59,881 nucleotides of DNA from a virus. Its lineage: Duplodnaviria; Caudoviricetes. A model generated the notes under the pieces. It was not told where the DNA came from. It did not search any database and was given only the letters and a program-made list of their open reading frames with translations. A program made the position numbers and the translations under genes. Location of the stretch: the IMG/VR virus record IMGVR_UViG_3300020020_000032, positions 1 to 59,881 of that record. One strand, 5' to 3'. This document shows positions 1 to 9,961 of this stretch, piece by piece. Position 1 is the first letter of the stretch; every line of letters starts with the position of its first letter.

Positions 1-540
1 AAAGGTTTGCAAGCAGAAATCCAGAGCGATAAAGAGTATCTAGCTGAACTCGACAAAGAGTATCAGCCGCTACTCCAAAGGTATGAAGGAGAATAATGGC
101 TGGACTAATTAAAATTTACGAAGTGGATACGTGGATCAGCAAGGACATCTTTGTTGACACGCCAGACAAAGGTATGACTAGGATTAGGTTTGACGAGGAA
201 CAAGCACCTGGCTTGCTCATACAACTACGTGAATGGGTGCGGCAAATCGAGGAAGTGGTGGAGGACTAATGCAAGCGGTAATGCCATACGTGGAAGTTTC
301 TAACGATGATCCAGAAGTCACGCTTATGGCTAGGGATGGCAGTTGCGTCGGAATGTCCGATAAGCTAGCTGTATGGCGTTTTGGATATCTTCCAGATTCT
401 CCTAAGGCAATCCAATCGGGTTGTTATATCATTGGACACGGTTACTTCTGGGTTCTCGCAACTCGCAAGACTGGCATGGTTAAGGAAGCCTTTTCGGGTT
501 ATGCCCTCGAACTACCAGCCAACTTTCGTAAGGTGATTGA

Positions 541-1005
541 ATGGCAACCGCACCGGAAATAACACACGCCTACGCAATCGGCAACACTCTGCTAATTGAA
601 CACGGTCTACGGGCTGTTGGTTGGATATTCCAACTAGACAATGCCAAGGAACGAATAGGTCAGTGTAACCACGATAAGAAGTTAATCACCTATTCCATAC
701 ATTATCTACGGGAGCCAGAAGAATTTATCCGTGACACTGTTTTGCATGAAATCGCTCATGCGCTGGTTGGTTACGAACACGGACATGATTATGTATGGCA
801 GCAGAAGTGCGTGGAAATCGGGGCTAAGCCAGAACGCCTAGCTAACGAGAATGAGCTAGCTACGAAGATAACGCCTAACTACGTTATCAAGTGTGAAAAC
901 TGCGGTTGGTCGGTAACTAGGCTACGTATGCGCCGAAGAAACTTTGGCAGCACGTGCCCTGAATGTCACACAGAAGTCAAAATCTATCGAATTAGGAAAG
1001 GATAA
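541..1005 (+). CDS. SprT-like zinc metallopeptidase with C-terminal Zn ribbon
   Basis: DTVLHEIAHALVG..HGHD..W (HExxH), followed by CENC...CPEC. Confidence 0.85.
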   Translation: MATAPEITHAYAIGNTLLIEHGLRAVGWIFQLDNAKERIGQCNHDKKLITYSIHYLREPEEFIRDTVLHEIAHALVGYEHGHDYVWQQKCVEIGAKPERLANENELATKITPNYVIKCENCGWSVTRLRMRRRNFGSTCPECHTEVKIYRIRKG

Positions 1006-1100
1006 CGTTACTAGGCTACGTATGCGCCGAAGAAACTTTGGCAGCATGTGCCCTGAATGTCACACAGAAGTCAAAATCTATCGAATTAGGAAAGGATAAC
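913..1100. repeat. 94-bp tandem duplication (913-1006 / 1007-1100) with 2 mismatches
   Basis: Direct comparison: copies differ at 915/1009 (A/T) and 953/1047 (C/T). Confidence 0.95.
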
Positions 1101-1358
1101 ATGAAAGCGGAGCTTAAACCACTAGACGGTAAGTACTACGGTACCGAAGTTGCTATCACCAGGGACGGCGATGATAACCGGGACTTTGGCGAAGGTTTGA
1201 TTCAGATTTGGGTGGTGGGTAACTATGAACCGTCACGTAGGGAGCTTGACGATTGGGATACCGATGAACTCGAGCTTCTAAGCGATAGCCATTACGAAAC
1301 TGAGACAAGTCTGGAAATCGCAGAACTTCTAGTTAAGGCGGTGAACAAAGCAACATGA
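1101..1358 (+). CDS. hypothetical protein
   Basis: AAGGA RBS then ATG at 1101; acidic 85-aa ORF. Confidence 0.7.
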   Translation: MKAELKPLDGKYYGTEVAITRDGDDNRDFGEGLIQIWVVGNYEPSRRELDDWDTDELELLSDSHYETETSLEIAELLVKAVNKAT

Positions 1359-1612
1359 GCGCAGACAACGGTTACATCGTTAGCAAGCTCGCTTTGGGAG
1401 AGGATCAACGCTTGTATGGTATCTTTGATTACTGCGCTAGCGTTGACGAACCACCGAGTTACTACACAGAAGCCAACGCGCTTGACTGTTTTCTTGATCC
1501 TGTCATGGCTATTCTCATGGCACATAGACGGGAGAAAGAATGGTCAACTGAGTATGGTGTCTATGTCCACGGCTCTGTTCTTGGGGATGCATTGAAGGGA
1601 TACAAACCATGA
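1355..1612 (+). CDS. hypothetical protein
   Basis: ATGA-coupled 85-aa ORF. Confidence 0.7.
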   Translation: MSADNGYIVSKLALGEDQRLYGIFDYCASVDEPPSYYTEANALDCFLDPVMAILMAHRREKEWSTEYGVYVHGSVLGDALKGYKP

Positions 1613-1896
1613 ACATCATCACTAACAATCAGCCAAGATACTTGCTCGACTTTGACGAGTTGACGGACAAGGAACAGGAAGATATCGATATTTCCGTTGA
1701 CTACTGGTCTGAGGTAGACTTTGTTAGGTACAAGGGTACTGTCTACAATCTGGATGAGTTCACGGTTCCGTCTAACGCAAGTCCTGACGTACTAAAGGCT
1801 TGGGATGGCTTCCTGTCGGACTCGTTCTTCTCGGGTATTCTAGTCAAGTGGTCTGAGGACGGAGAACAAGTAATCATGGGGAGGTACTACGATTGA
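1609..1896 (+). CDS. acidic hypothetical phage protein
   Basis: ATGA-coupled; FVRYKG...WDG..SDSFFSG.LV pattern typical of phage early genes. Confidence 0.7.
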   Translation: MNIITNNQPRYLLDFDELTDKEQEDIDISVDYWSEVDFVRYKGTVYNLDEFTVPSNASPDVLKAWDGFLSDSFFSGILVKWSEDGEQVIMGRYYD

Positions 1897-1983
1897 TAGC
1901 AATCTTAGCAGCGTGTTGTCTGATCTTTGTGATTATGATGTTCCTGCGGATAATCTTTGGGATCATAGACAGGAGGAGATTAC

Positions 1984-2244
1984 GTGGAAATTGATTGGAA
2001 TGCACACTACACAGTAGAAGGTTGGAGCGGCGGCATCGCATTCTACTTGCTTGGCCCCGCTATGATAAGGGACTCAGACTATGAATGGACAGGTATGGAA
2101 TATCCTGACCCACAAATGGTTCGCGCTGTTATGGTAGGTGACGATAAAGTCCACACTGTTGACAAGGATGATCTACGGCTCATAGCCGACGACGATTACT
2201 GTCACGAGTGTGGTCAAATTGGCTGTACAGCAGACGGGAGATAA
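1984..2244 (+). CDS. hypothetical protein with C-terminal CxxCGQIGC
   Basis: AGGAGGAG RBS upstream of GTG. Confidence 0.7.
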   Translation: MEIDWNAHYTVEGWSGGIAFYLLGPAMIRDSDYEWTGMEYPDPQMVRAVMVGDDKVHTVDKDDLRLIADDDYCHECGQIGCTADGR

Positions 2245-2388
2245 GGATGATAATCTTTGAATGCGATTACAAAAATGCGCTAGCAGTAGCATTGGAAATC
2301 TTTGCTGGCGGAGCTAGTGTAGCTCTGGTAATTTGTGCGTTTGGGTTCGCTATTTGGCTATGTGCTAAGGCGGGTATTAAACTCTAAC

Positions 2389-2634
2389 ATGCATGTAATC
2401 GGTTACACATATGAAGCTGATTACCATTGTGTTGAGTGTGCTACTAAAGCTTTTGGATTTAAGCTAACTCATCCCGAACGGGTCGGTCCAGCTATTGATA
2501 GTGAGGGCAACGAAGTTCATCCTGTTTTTAACACCGATGAATGGTATGCTAACGACATTTACGAGGGTGCTACTCATGCCACTCTTAACTGTGGTGACTG
2601 TGGTACTGAACTAGACTCTTGGGCTGCTGCTTGA
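2389..2634 (+). CDS. Zn-finger-like hypothetical protein
   Basis: HCVEC ... CGDCG; likely start ATG 2389. Confidence 0.6.
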   Translation: MHVIGYTYEADYHCVECATKAFGFKLTHPERVGPAIDSEGNEVHPVFNTDEWYANDIYEGATHATLNCGDCGTELDSWAAA

Positions 2635-2659
2635 CCTCAACGGGGATTTGTGCTATACT
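2631..2659 (+). promoter_or_regulatory. sigma70/SigA-type promoter P1
   Basis: TTGACC-17 bp (ending TGTGC)-TATACT, with extended -10 TG. Confidence 0.8.
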
Positions 2660-2867
2660 GTACCCTGTGCGGGGCTTTGAGAACCCGCGCCTAACTATGT
2701 GACGTATGTCACTAAGTGGTTAACTCGGTAATTCAACGGGAAGGGGTTAACAGACTTTATGCTGGTACCTATTCTAGCTCTGCTAGGGGTAGTTTTGGCA
2801 TTCGTCGTTTTTATCATGGTACTACCAGTAATTACGAAAGCATATAGAGAGGTGAAAGGTTACGAAG

Positions 2868-3209
2868 ATGGCAGAGCGGATTGATACAAGAGATTTGATG
2901 TTCCGTAGTGATATCGCGGCTCATGCGTTGTTTGAGGATCTACGGAAGAATTGTGAGGAAGAACCGGAAGATGGTATCCAGATGATTCCGGTGGGTGATT
3001 GGCTTGATTATGTTCAGGAGCTTATCGACGACACTTGCACTGGACTACCACCCAAGTTTGAATTCACGCGCTACGATGGTACCAGGGTGGATATCTCTGA
3101 TGAGTGGCCCTATCGGCACGTCAAGATTGATTACGAAGCGGCTGCTGAGGAGCTTAAGTCTGATTACCATGAAGTGGAGTTTGGGGGAGAAACGTACTAT
3201 GTCAAGTGA
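2868..3209 (+). CDS. acidic protein, possibly ArdA-like antirestriction/DNA mimic
   Basis: Very Asp/Glu-rich; C-terminal WPY..IDYEAAAEEL..DY..VEF.G.TYY resembles ArdA-type C-termini (from recall, not a search). Confidence 0.4.
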   Translation: MAERIDTRDLMFRSDIAAHALFEDLRKNCEEEPEDGIQMIPVGDWLDYVQELIDDTCTGLPPKFEFTRYDGTRVDISDEWPYRHVKIDYEAAAEELKSDYHEVEFGGETYYVK

Positions 3210-3912
3210 TCCACCTAAAATCACAACTCAGATGATTGATGATCTGTTCGATGAGCAGAATGCACTTCCTCTTGAACAGTTCGCTGAGAATATGCTTGGT
3301 TTGTTTGAAAACGATGAGGTTATTTATGATTTCATGGCTGAGATGCCAGCTAGGATTTTCGTAAGTGGACCTCTTGCAGTGGTTTGGTCTTGCTTCCTCT
3401 TTGGTATCAAGCTTGGCATGAAAGTCAAAGAAGCACAGTACCTCGAGGAATGGAGTAAGAATGTACGCGAAGATAACTGAGGATCATCTGTATGAACACA
3501 CCGACCACAATCCTACAGAGAGTAGAGCGGGTTGGCAGCTTTGGACTGATTACACAGATCCAGAGGTTAGACTCATTAAGTGTCGTCTGTTTGACGATGA
3601 TGGAGAGCTTTATTACGAAGCTATTGCTGATGATGAAGCTCTGGAAGATTTGTTTGATTGGGCACAGAAAGATGCTGGCGTTACGCTTTTAAAGATCAAG
3701 AATGAAAATGGTGAATGGGAGGATTGCATCGGATGAGAACTATCGTTGACGTTGCAGAAGTGAATCTTAAAGTGATTGTCCACGGCGAATTTCATATCGT
3801 GAACATTAGAGAAGCGATAGCTTCGGATGGTGCGAAGCTTATCGTTGTGACTCATACAGCACCGGATGGTAGAGCGTATGAGTTGCTAAAGCTGGAAGGT
3901 GAGGTAGTTTAG

Positions 3913-4200
3913 ATGAGGAAACGAGATATTAATAGGCAGTTGTTTAACACGGCTCACTATGAAATCATTGCTAAGCAGTTTCGCACTAAGCTCGAACCAC
4001 TGTTTACTGATGTTGAAGGTGATGCCGGTGCCAGGGCTGCTCTAGTGGATTTGGCTCTTGGTTTGACTAAGAGGTTTGCACTAGACAACGAGCTATTCAA
4101 GCCTGAGTTGTTCTTGGATCGTTGCTCGCCTGACACCGACCGATATCCACTTAGCGAGCTTTGGGAGGGTGTAAATCAAGCAGAGGAAGTGGAGGACTAG
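3913..4200 (+). CDS. hypothetical protein
   Basis: GAGGT RBS; 95 aa containing F..DN..F..E.F...C. Confidence 0.7.
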   Translation: MRKRDINRQLFNTAHYEIIAKQFRTKLEPLFTDVEGDAGARAALVDLALGLTKRFALDNELFKPELFLDRCSPDTDRYPLSELWEGVNQAEEVED

Positions 4201-5100
4201 GGTGGAAAAGCTACGGATAATCGAGTGCATCAACGATCTTGTTGGTGATGCAGTTTTTCTTGAGGATAGAGTCGTGAGGTGGTCAGTAACTACCAAAGCT
4301 GATTATGAAGCTTTGTTCAACGATCTACATAAAATCGAATACAGATTTCAAGAGCTAACAAAAACACTTAAAGATGAAGCGGAGCGAGTCGATGCTTGAC
4401 GTGGATGACAAGAATGAGTTGCTTGGTGAGCTTACCCAAGCTAAAGTGCTACTCGATCAACTGATTGAGCAATTGGTTTTTGATGCAGTCAATTTTGTAT
4501 CAATCCACAGAATTGATGACGTTGAATCCCACCTGCATAGGGCTGAAAAAGTTTGGGACAGAATTCTAGTTACGAATGGAATGTGAAAAACGATGGATAA
4601 CGAAGGTTGGCCCGCTTATGGCTGGAATCATGGTGGAGGTGTCGAGATAACGGTGATGCGTAATGGGCAAGACTATCTCAGGTGGACTTGTAGTTGTGGC
4701 TGTAGGGGTTTTTGGACACACACCAGGAATGCGACAAGAGTGTCAGAAAATGCGGAAAGACATATTAGGAGGATGCACAAGAACGATGGGTAGAAAAACA
4801 CGCAAGCAACTGCAGAAGGAAAATCCAAATGGGGACTTGTCTAAATCTGAGGCTAAGGATGAATGGCAAGGACTCAAGTCTACCAAGAATAAGAAGTCTC
4901 GTAAACGACAGCACGGCAAAAGGAGAGGGCGATGAAAAGAATTTTCGTCACGTTTAACGCACCATACAACAAAAATCTTGAGGATATGATCGAGAACACG
5001 GAATATCCTCTTTATCATAAATTGCTGGAATTGATTAGAACTTGGGGTAACGAGGGTGAAACTGCTACGGTGGCTTTCACGATTACGGAGATTGATGCAG

Positions 5101-5586
5101 ATGATTAAGAATGAAAATTGGCTCACGCCGACGAACAAGGTACTATGGATGAAAGCGTTTCGTTCACGCGCAGAGCACGTAGAGCTACGTGATGGTAGAA
5201 GGTTTCAGATCAAGTACAAAACTGCTACATTTTTTCCGAGCGATGGACCGAAGGAATACGCTTGGGTTGAGCCTAGTTTGGGAACTTTTGCACCTTCCGG
5301 TTACTTCTCCATAGAGCGGGTAACAGATCAACTATGGCTGACTGAGAGTGATAGACCTGATGTACCGGAGAGCAAGTATTCTCTGTATCTTGACGAGTTT
5401 ATCGACTCTGACGTGCAGGGTGTTCTTGTCACAAATATGTGGCCTGAGTTGAGGGGTAGGCTTCACAAAACTCTGCAACGTGCTTTCACTACAGCCAAGG
5501 CTGCGAGAGGTAAGAAGGCTGAGCATGTACTCGTCGCAACTGACGATAACAAGGTGTTCCTTCTGAAACAGGAACCGAGTGAATAA
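5101..5586 (+). CDS. hypothetical protein; C-terminal domain paralogous to 7231-7539
   Basis: GGAG RBS; manual alignment with the 7231-7539 product. Confidence 0.7.
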   Translation: MIKNENWLTPTNKVLWMKAFRSRAEHVELRDGRRFQIKYKTATFFPSDGPKEYAWVEPSLGTFAPSGYFSIERVTDQLWLTESDRPDVPESKYSLYLDEFIDSDVQGVLVTNMWPELRGRLHKTLQRAFTTAKAARGKKAEHVLVATDDNKVFLLKQEPSE

Positions 5587-6717
5587 TGTATTTCCTTATT
5601 CACGCAAAATGGCAGCTTGGTAGAGAGGAATATGAAATCATCGAAGCCAGGCATATGCTCGATGCAGCACAGAAACTAGAGAATATGTACAAAGACGGGA
5701 ACTTTCCTGTTTACGTTGAGATGATTGGTCCTCTAGGTATGAATCACTTTGGGGGAGTTACTGATGAGTGAGGTTGATACATTTTGGTTGGAGGTTGGTC
5801 AAGCTTACTTGCTAGTTGCAGCAGGCCATGAATTAGAGGTTGAAGTACAGCGTGATGGTAAGTATGCTCTTATCAATTACGATGATGCTTCTACTGACAT
5901 TTGGATTATGGTTCGTGAAGCTGATACTCACGTAGTTGAAACGTTGCCAGTACCATGAAAGGAGGTAAGTAATGCCTAGGACAGGTTTGAGGCATACGTT
6001 CAAAATGACGACTCGTAGTAAGTTTACGGACGTGGAAGCTGAGATTGGTATTACAGTTGATGGGAAAGAATTGCCTAACATGGCTGTCATCGGTGATGCA
6101 CTTGAAGCAGCAGTTGAGCTAGTGCAGAAGAAAGTTACCGAATCGTATCAGGTGGTTCCACCACGCGCCGATACTCCGATTGCTGAACCGTATGCTCCGA
6201 AAGAGGTAACACAGTGAGAGGTAACACTAACATACCGTTCAGATTCAGTCTACGAGGAATCATTGTTGGTTTGATGGTGTCTGACCATCTTGGTGATGTT
6301 CACGATGAAATCAATCACTTGCATGATCTGGTTGGTATTGATAGACCGGAGGGTAACTACGAAGACGGTTGGACTCAAGAAGATTGGGACAGGCTTGGAG
6401 TTCAGGATTGAGCCTGACTCCTGAACATATCAAGTCTCTCCTAGCTAAGCCTGAACGCAAGGGTAGAACTAAGAGTGGACCGAATACATCAGTACGGGAT
6501 CATAAAACCTGGTTTGCACTAGCACCACAGTCAAGAGAAGAGTTGAAGGATCTTAGGTGTGAGAATCCTAACTGTCTAGATCCTAGACCACCTAAGATTA
6601 GCGCACTTGGTCAGGAAATTAAGCATCAGCATGTAATTGAGGTTAATGGACAGAAGATGTGTAGATACTGTTTTCTAGGTGGCTGGCTTCTTACTGATCC
6701 TAATCAACTAACTATCA

Positions 6718-7149
6718 ATGACTGACTCAGCAATTTATGAGTATGCTTGTGAAGTCTACAAGCTGATGGAAGAACGTAGTAGTGTGAATGAGCTTGAGGA
6801 AAAGCTGTATCGTGGATTCCTTACACACCTGTTTAAAGAGGTGGGAGCGTCCACAACCTACTACACGCACATTCGCAAGCTACTTGACAGTCCACATCAC
6901 GACCCCTGCATCCTTATTTACCGACGAGGCAGTAAGAACCACCCTAGTATAGTTAGGCTAATGCATCCCCCTCCCTCGGAGTGGGGAGGAATCTCCCGGT
7001 CGGACTTGACACCGCCGGGGCTGTCTGCTACAATGCAGGAGCAGGTGAGAAAATTGCTGGCTTGGAGAGAGTCGATAGAACAGGAGGTCTCTATCGTAAA
7101 GCGTTTGGAGTCGATAGAACGTCGTCTAAGTAAGTTGGAGAGAAGGTAA
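6718..7149 (+). CDS. hypothetical protein with C-terminal coiled coil, possibly DNA-binding
   Basis: 143-aa ATGA-coupled ORF. Confidence 0.6.
   Translation: MTDSAIYEYACEVYKLMEERSSVNELEEKLYRGFLTHLFKEVGASTTYYTHIRKLLDSPHHDPCILIYRRGSKNHPSIVRLMHPPPSEWGGISRSDLTPPGLSATMQEQVRKLLAWRESIEQEVSIVKRLESIERRLSKLERR
7006..7034 (+). promoter_or_regulatory. sigma70/SigA-type promoter P2 (inside the 6718-7149 ORF)
   Basis: TTGACA-17 bp (ending TCTGC)-TACAAT. Confidence 0.75.
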
Positions 7150-7230
7150 ACGGGAATGGCAAGAAGTAGAAAGCGTAATACAGGTTCAGATAGTAATACA
7201 CAAAACACTAATGACCAGGGAGGTCATAAA

Positions 7231-7539
7231 ATGGCAGGTCTTACAGCAGCGGATATCCAGGCACTTCTCAGCAAGACTCGTACCAAGGGTCAGTATGTCG
7301 TTCGTCTTAATGAGTTCATTGAGTCGGGCGAGATGGGTATCTGCGTTAACGAGCAGTGGGTAGAGTTTGCCGACAAGAAGGCTACCACGCTCAAGCAGGG
7401 CTTCGACAACGCGCGTGATAACAAGGAAGCTAACGAGGCTTCTGAGTTCGTGAAGGTTATCTCGAACGAGGATAAGGTTTACCTCGTTAACTTGCAGGTC
7501 GCAGGTCAGGAGCTTGGCGAGGAAGCTGTCGCCGCGTAA
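7231..7539 (+). CDS. hypothetical protein, paralog of the 5101-5586 C-terminal domain
   Basis: Strong GGGAGG RBS before ATG 7231; downstream of promoter P2 and followed by hairpins. Confidence 0.8.
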   Translation: MAGLTAADIQALLSKTRTKGQYVVRLNEFIESGEMGICVNEQWVEFADKKATTLKQGFDNARDNKEANEASEFVKVISNEDKVYLVNLQVAGQELGEEAVAA

Positions 7540-7550
7540 CTAGTAACACA

Positions 7551-7633
7551 AGTAGGTCACTCGTTAAATCGGGTGGCTTACTAAGGGAGTAGGTGTCGGC
7601 AGTAGTGCCCATGATCTACTCCCTTAGTAAGCT
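7551..7633 (+). terminator. Two overlapping hairpins (terminator or processing site)
   Basis: 7551-7563 pairs with 7570-7582; perfect 17-bp inverted repeat 7576-7592/7616-7632. Confidence 0.55.
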
Positions 7634-7656
7634 AAGGAAAGGAGGGTCGCAGCCAA

Positions 7657-7827
7657 ATGACTACAATGGTTCGTAATCGGTTTGCTACTGTCCTTGTTAG
7701 GATTACTTGCGTCTGTTGCGGTTTGAAGTTTACCCGCGACATTGACGGCGATGAGGTGTATTGCGAGGATTGCGTTGATTGCTCGTTTATGCCAGATCAG
7801 TGTCCTAACGATCTCAACCGCTTCTAG
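7657..7827 (+). CDS. 56-aa Cys-rich micro-protein (not in the ORF track)
   Basis: GAAAGGAGG RBS; ...CVCCG...YCEDCVDC.....C. Confidence 0.65.
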   Translation: MTTMVRNRFATVLVRITCVCCGLKFTRDIDGDEVYCEDCVDCSFMPDQCPNDLNRF

Positions 7828-7832
7828 CACCC

Positions 7833-7861
7833 TTGACAAGCGCGGTGCATTGTGCTAGAAT
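7833..7861 (+). promoter_or_regulatory. sigma70/SigA-type promoter P3
   Basis: TTGACA-17 bp (ending TGTGC)-TAGAAT. Confidence 0.8.
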
Positions 7862-7924
7862 ATCGTTCGCCTGAGGGTTCTCCCGTTCCCACAGGTAGTA
7901 AGGGTTACGGGGGGTCGAGCGCAT

Positions 7925-8326
7925 ATGGGTAACTCTGATGCGCTCTCCCCCGTACCCGATGAATTGTGCGCCAATTGTGGTAACTGGTTTAGTGAGCTTA
8001 ACGAAGAAACGGGATGGTGTCACAACTGCTCACCGCAAGTTGAGGTACGTGTAGAAAACTACTTACGGGTAAATGCAGATGAAATAGAACATTACCTTCT
8101 ACAAGGCAAATCAGTGAATCAAGCGATTGATTTACTTCATAAAGAAAACGGGAGAGTGAAGTGTCTGGTATGCGGGAACACGATAAAGAGAGCGAAGCGC
8201 ACAGCAATCTTTTGTCGGAAAACCCCGATGTGCAGAAAAATGAGCAGGAGGTACGTTTATCTGTACCGGGAGCAGGGCCTGTCGAAAGCGCAGGCTCTAG
8301 CGGAAATCCTCAGCGATTTAACCTAA
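7925..8326 (+). CDS. double Zn-finger hypothetical protein
   Basis: CANC..CHNC and CLVC..FC....C. Confidence 0.7.
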   Translation: MGNSDALSPVPDELCANCGNWFSELNEETGWCHNCSPQVEVRVENYLRVNADEIEHYLLQGKSVNQAIDLLHKENGRVKCLVCGNTIKRAKRTAIFCRKTPMCRKMSRRYVYLYREQGLSKAQALAEILSDLT

Positions 8327-8803
8327 TCAAGATTATCAGTGGTGGTCAGGTTGGCGCTGATATCGCAGCTTTGAGAGCTGCCAAGTCTTTAGGTGTTGAA
8401 ACCGGAGGTTACATGCCTCACGGTTATAAAACAGCACAGGGCAATAAGCCTGAGTATGCTGAGTTGTATGGCATGTTTACTACTGTGTCAGAAGATTACC
8501 CTCAGCATACTCAGGCTTCGCACTTCACACAATGTGAGGAAATCCGATGGTACGCTTAGAATCGCGTACAACTTCGATAGTTATGGTGAGCGCGCAACGC
8601 TGCGCGAAATCTACAAGTGGAGTAAACCGCACTATGACGTTAATCCCAGGAACTTCTCTCAAGATGAAATCCGAAACGTCGTAGATTGGTTGCTTGACCA
8701 CGATATCAGAATTCTCAACGTGGCTGGCAACGCGAAGCCAGAGATTGAACCTTTCGTAGAGATGTTCATTGTGAGTTTGATTAGAGAAGGAAGGAGACAT
8801 TGA
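8326..8803 (+). pseudogene. SLOG-superfamily (cpYpsA / putative MoCo-carrier-like) protein, frameshifted at about 8503-8515
   Basis: KIISGGQVGADIAAL..GG.MP.G in one frame; RT..NV..SDGTL...LNVAGN in another; removing 13 nt rejoins them as DYPLRT. No ATG/GTG/TTG right at the domain start. Confidence 0.75.
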
Positions 8804-9961
8804 TTACATGAGCGGTGGTAGTTTCAACTACTTGTCCTATAAGGACATTGACGATCTTTGGTATGGTGCTGGTCCCGAATGGGATTGGATGCTTGACGAG
8901 CTTGATAAACTTTGTCCAGAAGCGGCGGTTAATATGCGTAAGATTAAAACCGATCATGACGAGTTTATCAAGCAGAACCAATCGTTATGGAATGATCTGC
9001 AACCAGTTCTTCATGCTGTAGAATGGTGGCGTTCTAACGATTGGGGTAAAGATCAAGTAGACGAAGCAATCCAGACGTATCACGAAAGAAAAACGGGATG
9101 AACTACGATAGAAATGCGCCTAATCTAGTTGCAGATGATAAGGGTAACATCATGGGTTGGGTGATTCAGTGGAACTATCATGGAGTAGGAGAAGCCATCG
9201 TGCAATTCTTCGATGGTTCTGCTGACTCAGCTTTGGTTAGAGAACTAAACTTTCCGAATGGTAGAGAGGAAGCATACGAATGGCTGAACGCCAAGGAGAG
9301 GAATTCGATAGGATGAATAAAATCAAGATAGAAGTCGATGAATTTACGGCTGAGTATGCTGGTTGCGGTTCGCACAGAATTCTACTTAGAATGGAAATGA
9401 GCGATGAAAGTGTGGCTGTTTGGCATGATAGACTTACTAGGATTATCGAAGGCAGGAAGTCTATCGAAGAGGAACGTCTGGAACAGGAAGCCAAGCTTGC
9501 ACAAGAACAAAGGGATAGAGGGCTGTTAGCATGACGGTCGATGAGCTAGTTACTAAGCTAGCAAAACCCATCATGGTATATCGTTTTGCGAAAGCACAGC
9601 ATAATCGCAAAGGTGCAAATAAACGAATGGTAAATGCCATGCGTGAAATTGATGAAATCATACGGGAGTATGCTTTTGAGCATATCGACACGGAAGGAGG
9701 TTAAATGAGTATATTCAAACAAGGGACTGTAACTTTGGGAGCGCAGAATTTAGCTCATATTCATCACGATCTTTATCAAGAATCGGAACAGACTATGTTG
9801 GACGCTCCTGTGGGAAATTGGTATTCTCTTTCCAGGCATGATAGAATGGTTCTTTCTAAAGCCATGCAATTGATGCTAGATCAGGGATTTATTGAGTTCG
9901 GTCCAAATCACAAACCAATACTTGTTAAAGCACACGCTGTAAAGCATAATTGGGAGCGAAA

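Noticed and set aside
913-1100. Diversity-generating retroelement TR/VR pair
   Set aside because: No reverse transcriptase in the window; only two mismatches, one not at adenine; copies are directly tandem
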